Part shown: positions 44,979-51,079 of the stretch, piece after piece
Layout: each line of letters begins with the position of its first letter
Numbering within the stretch: position 1 is the stretch's first letter
The notes under the pieces: model-generated
The model's input: only the letters and a program-made list of their open reading frames with translations
Databases searched by the model: none
What the model was told of the DNA's origin: nothing
From: a virus
Taxonomy: Duplodnaviria > Caudoviricetes
Direction: 5' to 3' (one strand)
DNA length: 51,079 nucleotides
IMG/VR virus record: IMGVR_UViG_3300028198_000454
Location: 1 to 51,079 of that record
Position numbers and translations under genes: made by a program

Positions 44979-45006
44979 AGCCGGTGTTACAAACACCGGC
45001 TTTTTT
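44979..45006 (+). terminator. Intrinsic terminator after hsp20
   Basis: GCCGGTGT-TACAA-ACACCGGC-TTTTTT. Confidence 0.88.
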
Positions 45007-45025
45007 GTGTAATTTTATAAGGCTA

Positions 45026-45181
45026 ATGAATCAAGAAAAAATAAAAGAATGTATTAAAATTTTAGAATATTTATTAGAGCTCTCTAAAATAAGAGACAAA
45101 ATGGAAAATCCCCATAAAGTAGGAGAAGATGTCTGGTGTCACCAAATTAAAACCTGCTTATCAATTTTAAAAGATGAATAA
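45026..45181 (+). CDS. hypothetical protein
   Basis: ATG start after the terminator. Confidence 0.6.
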   Translation: MNQEKIKECIKILEYLLELSKIRDKMENPHKVGEDVWCHQIKTCLSILKDE

Positions 45182-45461
45182 ATTAGAGAAAAACTTCGAA
45201 AAGATTGATTCCATTACTGACTCAATGGAAATAATCAACGACTCCATATCTTTTTGGGAAAAAAGAATGGATAAATGCTTCGCGGAATGTGAAGAGCTTG
45301 AAAATAACGAGTGGCACCCTAGTTTCGAAGAAAAGAGAGACTCTCTAAGGAAAGATATGGCCTTTGTTTTAACTAAAATTCGAGCAGAAAACCAACAGCT
45401 AGACCTACTTGACCTTAAAATAGAAGAACTTTACAAAGCTATTCTTGAAAGCCAAAAGTAA
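45174..45461 (+). CDS. hypothetical coiled-coil protein
   Basis: 95 aa helical ORF. Confidence 0.65.
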   Translation: MNKLEKNFEKIDSITDSMEIINDSISFWEKRMDKCFAECEELENNEWHPSFEEKRDSLRKDMAFVLTKIRAENQQLDLLDLKIEELYKAILESQK

Positions 45462-45612
45462 AAAAAAGTACTACTTGGTAGTGTCTCAAAAGAATAATTG
45501 GCTTCACGGAGCCTTTGATCACTCTGAGTCCGGTTTGGAGAAGGCGGAAAAATATTTAAAAAACCTAATTAAAAAGACAAAAGACAAATCTTTGCGGATT
45601 GTTGAGAAATAA
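45445..45612 (+). CDS. small hypothetical protein
   Basis: Hand-read TTG-start 55 aa ORF (..YYLVVSQKNNWLHGAF..) filling the gap. Confidence 0.5.
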   Translation: MKAKSKKKYYLVVSQKNNWLHGAFDHSESGLEKAEKYLKNLIKKTKDKSLRIVEK

Positions 45613-45613
45613 C

Positions 45614-45642
45614 TTGACTCCGAACCAGATTTCTTTTACGCT
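45614..45642 (+). promoter_or_regulatory. sigma70-type promoter for nrdJ
   Basis: TTGACT-17-TACGCT. Confidence 0.55.
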
Positions 45643-45679
45643 TTAATCAGCTCTCCTTACGGAGTTAACAAACTTTACA

Positions 45680-47617
45680 ATGACCAACAATAAGAGCGAG
45701 ATACTATCAACAGACTTCCTTAAAAAGTACAAAAACAAACAGCCGAAATGGGGGTTCAACGGACTAGGCTACATAGTCTACAAGCGAACATACTCAAGAC
45801 CAAAAGAAGACGGGATACTTGAAGAATGGCCGGAGACAATCGCTCGCTGCATTAACGGAGCGCAAAAAATAGGGGCGAACTATACAAAAAAAGAAGCGGA
45901 AAAGTTATTTGATCTGGTTTTTAATTTAAAATGTAATTTCGCGGGACGCGGGCTTTGGCAGCTAGGCACCTCTACTGTCGACAGATTCGGAGGGAATAGT
46001 CTTCTAAATTGTTGGTTCACAGCTATTAAAAAGCCAGAAGATTTTTGTTTTATTTTTGAAAACTTAATGCTAGGAGGCGGAGTGGGTTATTCTATTCGCC
46101 GAGAAGACATTCACGAATTACCTAGGGTTAAAAAAGATGTAGAAATCACAGTTAAAAATACTAACGATGCAGATTTTATTGTACCCGACAGCAGAGAGGG
46201 CTGGGTCAGACTTCTCAGTAAAGTTTTAGAGGCCTGTTTCGTAACCGGTAAATCTTTTAACTATTCAACAGTACTTGTCCGTAGCGCCGGTAAGCCAATA
46301 GGAGGTTTCGGAGGAACAGCTAGCGGCCCAGAAATCCTAGTAGATGGCATAGAAAAAATCTACACAGTTATAAAAAACAGAGAAGGAAAAAAGCTTAGAA
46401 GCTTAGATGTATTAGATATAGCTAACATTATTGGTTCGGTTGTTGTAGCCGGTAACGTTCGCCGCTCTGCTGAAATTGCTTTGGGAGACCCCGACGACTA
46501 CCTATATATTAAAGCTAAACGGTGGGACTTGGGCAACATCCCAAACTGGAGAGCGATGAGTAATAACACTATCTATTGCGATAGCTACGACCACATAGCG
46601 GAAGGCGTTTGGGACGGATACGCTGGCAACGGCGAACCTTATGGCTTTTTTAATGTCGCCTTAAGCTCTAAATTTGGAAGAACAGGAGAGAAGGCTAAAG
46701 AGAACTGCGAAGGAACAAACCCTTGCGGAGAAATATCTCTTGCTGATAAAGAATGCTGCAATCTTGCGGAGCTTTACCTAAACAATATAGAGTCTAAACA
46801 AGAATTAATAGAATGTTCTAAGCTTCTTTATAAAACTCAAAAAGCTATATGCTCTCTTCCCTTTATCCACGATGACACAAACAAGATAGTTCATAAGAAC
46901 TTTAGGATAGGTCAAGGAGTCACGGGTATTTGCCAAGGCCTACATAACAATAAACTAGAATGGCTAGACGACTGCTACAAAGCCTTGAAGGCTTTTGACA
47001 AAGAGTGGAGCAAAAAACAAGGCTGGCCAGAGAGCATTAAGCTCACCACAGTTAAACCCAGCGGCACGTTAAGCTTGCTGGCCGGAGCCACGCCGGGAGT
47101 TCACCCAGCTTATTCCCAGTATTATATCCGGCGCGTTAGAATGTCTAGTCAAGACGCTTTGGTCGAAACCTGTAAGGATATGGGCTATCACGTTGAATTC
47201 GTAAAGAATTTCGACGGCACATTAAACAGGGACACCGTAATCGTTGAGTTTCCTTGTGAGTCCGGGAATAATGCTAAACTGGCGAAAGAAATGTCTGCTG
47301 TAGACCAACTTGAGCTGATAAAGAAAATTCAAAAAGAATGGTCAGATAACGCAGTGTCCTGCACCGTTTACTACAAAAAGGAAGAACTAGGCGAAATAAA
47401 AGAATGGCTTCGCGAAAACTATAAAAACAATATTAAAAGCGTTTCATTCCTTCTTCACCAAGAACACGGCTTCGCACAAGCCCCTTACGAGGAAATCGAC
47501 GAAGACACCTACAAAAAGCTTTCCAAGTCAATCAAGAAAACCTCAGGAACGAAAGTCTCCAACGGTCACGTACTGGAAGGGCTTGAGTGCGAAGGCGGCG
47601 CATGCCCAATAAGATAA
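45680..47617 (+). CDS. nrdJ: class II (adenosylcobalamin-dependent) ribonucleotide reductase
   Basis: LNCWF, GNVRRSA, TNPCGEI, CNL.E, TVKPSGT, C-terminal CEGGACPIR. Confidence 0.93.
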   Translation: MTNNKSEILSTDFLKKYKNKQPKWGFNGLGYIVYKRTYSRPKEDGILEEWPETIARCINGAQKIGANYTKKEAEKLFDLVFNLKCNFAGRGLWQLGTSTVDRFGGNSLLNCWFTAIKKPEDFCFIFENLMLGGGVGYSIRREDIHELPRVKKDVEITVKNTNDADFIVPDSREGWVRLLSKVLEACFVTGKSFNYSTVLVRSAGKPIGGFGGTASGPEILVDGIEKIYTVIKNREGKKLRSLDVLDIANIIGSVVVAGNVRRSAEIALGDPDDYLYIKAKRWDLGNIPNWRAMSNNTIYCDSYDHIAEGVWDGYAGNGEPYGFFNVALSSKFGRTGEKAKENCEGTNPCGEISLADKECCNLAELYLNNIESKQELIECSKLLYKTQKAICSLPFIHDDTNKIVHKNFRIGQGVTGICQGLHNNKLEWLDDCYKALKAFDKEWSKKQGWPESIKLTTVKPSGTLSLLAGATPGVHPAYSQYYIRRVRMSSQDALVETCKDMGYHVEFVKNFDGTLNRDTVIVEFPCESGNNAKLAKEMSAVDQLELIKKIQKEWSDNAVSCTVYYKKEELGEIKEWLRENYKNNIKSVSFLLHQEHGFAQAPYEEIDEDTYKKLSKSIKKTSGTKVSNGHVLEGLECEGGACPIR

Positions 47618-47666
47618 TTTAAATTCCCTATGACTCCTTATTGAATGTAATAGATGACATACGCTC

Positions 47667-47864
47667 ATGCCTAATACCACTTATTCTAATGAATCTATTT
47701 TACTTAAACGGCTATCATGCGACCTCATTAGGATAGCGAATTACCTAGACAGAAACCAAGGTAGCCCCCTAAACGGAGAAATTAAAGAAATAGAAACCTT
47801 AATGAAAAAAATGAACCAAATAGGCACTTCGGTAATATCGAAAAATGAACATATCAGAATTTGA
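47667..47864 (+). CDS. hypothetical protein
   Basis: 65 aa ORF. Confidence 0.55.
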   Translation: MPNTTYSNESILLKRLSCDLIRIANYLDRNQGSPLNGEIKEIETLMKKMNQIGTSVISKNEHIRI

Positions 47865-48039
47865 GAGAGCAAAACCACAAGAAACTCACGCTTGTTTCAT
47901 GGAAATAAAAGATAAATACGAGGCGTTGTTAAAGGAAACGGTGATAATGGACGAATCGGACGCGGTAAAAGTTGAGATGACCGCCCTCTTCCTAAAAGAT
48001 TTAAAAGAAATTTATAAAAAGTTCCTGACAGGGCTATAA
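47845..48039 (+). CDS. hypothetical protein
   Basis: 64 aa ORF. Confidence 0.6.
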   Translation: MNISEFERAKPQETHACFMEIKDKYEALLKETVIMDESDAVKVEMTALFLKDLKEIYKKFLTGL

Positions 48040-48047
48040 TAAATCGT

Positions 48048-48263
48048 ATGAATAGCCATATTAAAATGATGCTAGAGTCTCACAGGAGATGTGCTTCCGC
48101 GATTCAAGACGCTGCAAACGACGCTAGAACAGCCGCAAACGCCTCAGCAGAAGAAGCTAAGGAATTTGAGCAAATGGCGCAGGAAGCGGCAAATAGGGCC
48201 GTTGAAGCAGCGGAAAGGGTAAAAGTCCTAGAAGCTAAATTAACGTCGGCCACGGTGGAATAG
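48048..48263 (+). CDS. Ala-rich coiled-coil protein
   Basis: 71 aa helical ORF. Confidence 0.65.
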   Translation: MNSHIKMMLESHRRCASAIQDAANDARTAANASAEEAKEFEQMAQEAANRAVEAAERVKVLEAKLTSATVE

Positions 48264-48576
48264 CCTTGCTTTTTATACTCTCTACTATATTTATTTGATT
48301 TTCGAATCTTATATAACTGACGATTACAGATGCCTCTAGGCCACGCTTTTCAACATCCAGCCTTAAACCCCTTTCTTCAAAAGGGGAAACTATATCGTTA
48401 ACGAAATCGAACATGCCCTGTTCTTTGAGAAAACGCCAGTATAAGTCCTTTACTTCGTCCTCGCACTCTAAAAGAACGTCCATCCCACAGTTTCTGCTAG
48501 CGCAAGATATTACGTACCTAAACGGCAACGATTCCGTAGGAGGCTCGGATAAAGGAGCGTGAACTACTAAGTTCAT
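48235..48576 (-). CDS. hypothetical protein
   Basis: 113 aa ORF filling a gap, opposite to its neighbours. Confidence 0.65.
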   Translation of the reverse strand: MNLVVHAPLSEPPTESLPFRYVISCASRNCGMDVLLECEDEVKDLYWRFLKEQGMFDFVNDIVSPFEERGLRLDVEKRGLEASVIVSYIRFENQINIVESIKSKAIPPWPTLI

Positions 48577-48592
48577 ACAGAATATTACACTT

Positions 48593-49138
48593 ATGACTCA
48601 AAGGAACTTGGTAAATGACATCCCTATCACTTTAGATGGATTTGATCATGTCAGTTGCATAGTAGAAATCCCCAAGGGAACCAATACTAAATACGAATAT
48701 AACGAAAAGTATAATATTTTTGAACTAGAAAGATGTTTGGTTTCCTCTTTGCAGTACCCTGTAAACTATGGATTTATTTCTCAGACTTACGCGCTTGACA
48801 ACGACCCCTTGGACGTATTAATATTTAACCACGACCCCATAGACAGGGGGAGTTTGGTTAGATGCAGGGTTTTAGGAGTTTTAGATTTCGTAGACAATGA
48901 TGAAATAGATTATAAAGTTATAGCTGTTCCTCATTGGTCTCCCAAAAGCAAATATCCTCGACTAAACAGCATAGAACAAGAACACCTTAAGATATTTAAA
49001 CAGTTTTTTAGAATATATAAAATAGATAGGGCTAACTCAGTAAAAGTAGGGGAATGGAAAAACGGCAGGAAAGCCCTAAGAACAGTAACCGAAGCTCACC
49101 AGAGATGGAACAAAAGGCAAGAAGATGGGAATGTTTGA
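48593..49138 (+). CDS. ppa: inorganic pyrophosphatase (family I)
   Basis: VEIPKG..KYE, YP.NYGFI, DNDPLDVL, DYKVIAV. Confidence 0.93.
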   Translation: MTQRNLVNDIPITLDGFDHVSCIVEIPKGTNTKYEYNEKYNIFELERCLVSSLQYPVNYGFISQTYALDNDPLDVLIFNHDPIDRGSLVRCRVLGVLDFVDNDEIDYKVIAVPHWSPKSKYPRLNSIEQEHLKIFKQFFRIYKIDRANSVKVGEWKNGRKALRTVTEAHQRWNKRQEDGNV

Positions 49139-49664
49139 CGATATAATTGTACCGAAATCTTACCTAAAAGGTCTGCTTACAAAAGACCAAGAAAAGATAA
49201 TCAGGGGTAATCTCTACCAAACTAAATGCTTGGACAGAACCCTGCGTATGTATAAAGTTTACAAGCAAAAACTTTATGCCCAAGAGCCTCCTCCAACAAA
49301 AACCGAAAAACGAAAGTGGAAAGCTGTCGACTATACTGGTGAAGTATATTTTTACGACAGCATAAAAGACAAAAAAGGAAATGCTCATTGGGTTGAATTT
49401 CGTTTCGTGTTCCTCAAAGGAAAATTAGACGCGAAGTACGCGGAGGAATTCAGGCTCCAACAAACCTCCGAAGAAATCGTAAAACAAAACGAAGAGTGGG
49501 AAAGCTCAAAAGAAAAACAAGATAAATACGAAGCCACTTTAAAATATAAAATTTACTTTTCTCTATTTAAGATTCTTCATAAACTTCTCAATAAGGTAAG
49601 AAAGAAAGTCACCCCTTACGCCTACGAATACGGAACAGTTGGACCAAATGAGTCTTCCGACTAA
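49125..49664 (+). CDS. hypothetical phage protein
   Basis: MGMFD...YQTK...YTGEVYFY. Confidence 0.7.
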   Translation: MGMFDDIIVPKSYLKGLLTKDQEKIIRGNLYQTKCLDRTLRMYKVYKQKLYAQEPPPTKTEKRKWKAVDYTGEVYFYDSIKDKKGNAHWVEFRFVFLKGKLDAKYAEEFRLQQTSEEIVKQNEEWESSKEKQDKYEATLKYKIYFSLFKILHKLLNKVRKKVTPYAYEYGTVGPNESSD

Positions 49665-49872
49665 AAAATATAAAGAGCTTTACGAGGATTGCCCCACGAT
49701 CCCATCTAACACCTGCCCTCACATAGATAAAGCTCAACAACACTTAGAGGATCTCAGAGATCAAAACGAAGCACTTAGAGAAGTCGGAAAATACTGGAAA
49801 GAAGTTTCAATGAATCTTTTAAAAGAAAACTGCGACCTTAATAAGTATGTAAATAAACTAGAAGACGAATGA
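49648..49872 (+). CDS. hypothetical coiled-coil protein
   Basis: TCPHID...LEDLR..N..LR. Confidence 0.65.
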   Translation: MSLPTKKYKELYEDCPTIPSNTCPHIDKAQQHLEDLRDQNEALREVGKYWKEVSMNLLKENCDLNKYVNKLEDE

Positions 49873-50078
49873 ATATTAAAAAAAATAAACTAATAGAATT
49901 CGTAAACTTTGTTAACGAATGCTGTGCGGTTATGGATGACGACTACGTTGCCGAATGGATAAATAAACCGAACTCAGACTTGAACATGGAGGCTCCTTTA
50001 GATATACTAAACTCCGAAGGAGCAGAGAGGCCTCTTAGGCTCCTGTACTTTATCGACATTGGCGAAGCTGATTTATAA
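49869..50078 (+). CDS. Xre/MbcA/ParS-like antitoxin C-terminal domain protein
   Basis: EWINKPNSDLNMEAPLDIL..EGAE...LL..IDIG fits W...PN..L....P..LL...G. Confidence 0.7.
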   Translation: MNIKKNKLIEFVNFVNECCAVMDDDYVAEWINKPNSDLNMEAPLDILNSEGAERPLRLLYFIDIGEADL

Positions 50079-50524
50079 TGCCTAAACAAAACGACCTAGA
50101 TAAAACATACCTAGAAATGGCCAAGGTTTGGTCCCGACTTTCTAAAGCCGAAAGAAAAAAAGTCGGTTGCATAATCGTAAAAGACGGTCAAATTATTTCA
50201 GACGGATATAACGGAACTCCCGCTGGATATGATAATACCTGCGAAATAATCAACGAAGGGTTCTTGCCCCGAGCAGAAAATAAGCTTGAAACCAAACCAG
50301 AAGTCCTGCATGCTGAGTCTAACGCTTTGATGAAATTAGCGCGAAGCACCAACAGTAGCGATGGTTCCACGGTCTACTTAACTATGAGCCCCTGCTTTGA
50401 CTGTAGTAAATTGATGATCCAAGCAGGAATCAAAAAACTTGTTTACGGTGAAAAATACAGAAACCAAGACGGGATAAAGTTCCTGCAAGAAAACGGAATA
50501 AAAACAGTTTATTATGGTTCCTAA
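50078..50524 (+). CDS. dCMP deaminase
   Basis: GYNGTP, HAESNA, SPCFDC. Confidence 0.93.
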   Translation: MPKQNDLDKTYLEMAKVWSRLSKAERKKVGCIIVKDGQIISDGYNGTPAGYDNTCEIINEGFLPRAENKLETKPEVLHAESNALMKLARSTNSSDGSTVYLTMSPCFDCSKLMIQAGIKKLVYGEKYRNQDGIKFLQENGIKTVYYGS

Positions 50525-50861
50525 AAAAGTAGAGAAAGAGTGGGGATACGAGCTTTGGCTCGCTAATAACGAAAAAGAAAACTACTGCGGTAAAATTCTT
50601 TACATCAATCCGGGACACGCTGGATCAATGCACTTTCACTCCAAGAAACATGAGACCTTTTATATTCTAGAAGGAACTCTCAAAGTAGACGTGCTTAATC
50701 CGGAGAATGCCGAGAAAACAACGCACCTGCTCGAAGAAGGGGAAACTTTTGTACTAGATCGCTTGACACCGCATCAACTTTTTGCTACAGATAAGCCCGT
50801 AAAATTTATTGAAATTAGTACGTTTCACGATGACGCAGATAGCTACAGGGTCTGGCGCTAA
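50514..50861 (+). CDS. cupin (sugar isomerase-like)
   Basis: K.WGYE, SMHFH.KKHETFY, EISTFH...DSYR. Confidence 0.85.
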   Translation: MVPKKVEKEWGYELWLANNEKENYCGKILYINPGHAGSMHFHSKKHETFYILEGTLKVDVLNPENAEKTTHLLEEGETFVLDRLTPHQLFATDKPVKFIEISTFHDDADSYRVWR

Positions 50862-51075
50862 AATCAATCACGGCTCAAGAGAATATTGGCTCTCTTACGC
50901 CGAAGACATTGTCAATAGAACTAAAATTAACCAGCCTTGGTTTTCTGAGATAAGATGTGCCGAGATAGGAATTGGCTCAGCGGTAGAAGAGGGGGTTCCT
51001 AAAGCCTTGGAACTTAGTAATTTACTGCAGCAAAAGAAAACAAAAAACGACTACAAAATACATTTAGACAAATGA
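50809..51075 (+). CDS. hypothetical protein
   Basis: ORF; start uncertain. Confidence 0.4.
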   Translation: MKLVRFTMTQIATGSGAKINHGSREYWLSYAEDIVNRTKINQPWFSEIRCAEIGIGSAVEEGVPKALELSNLLQQKKTKNDYKIHLDK

Positions 51076-51079
51076 CAAA

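Noticed and set aside
45680-47617. Intein or intron in nrdJ (also considered for dnaE, dnaB, recA)
   Set aside because: Lengths are ordinary and motifs contiguous; no splicing motifs seen.
1-51079. Alternative genetic code
   Set aside because: Long intact ORFs under the standard code, with TAA, TAG and TGA all used as stops.

Overview
This is a gene-dense, AT-rich fragment that most likely comes from a large tailed dsDNA bacteriophage. It carries an rIIA-like gene, a split DNA polymerase III (DnaE core, PHP, DnaQ), primase, DnaB, RecA, a tubulin/FtsZ-family GTPase, a sigma factor, nucleotide-metabolism genes (NrdJ, dUTPase, dCMP deaminase, dNMP kinase, PurS, PPase), Hsp20 and a ~19 kb sugar-nucleotide/glycosylation island. 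Genes run on the - strand up to ~43.0 kb and mostly on the + strand after it. The most unusual signal is three non-coding loci in the first 5.7 kb (961-1460, 3414-3880, 5483-5670), each ending in an intrinsic terminator on the - strand. They combine 9-nt repeats (CAAAA-NNY-A on the - strand) with a shared stem-loop scaffold. One locus is a 19-copy array with variable, mostly 8-nt spacers. The loop triplet of each scaffold is complementary to the variable triplet of the adjacent repeats (AAC/GTT, GGT/ACC, AGA/TCT). All calls were made by eye from motifs; no database searches were run.
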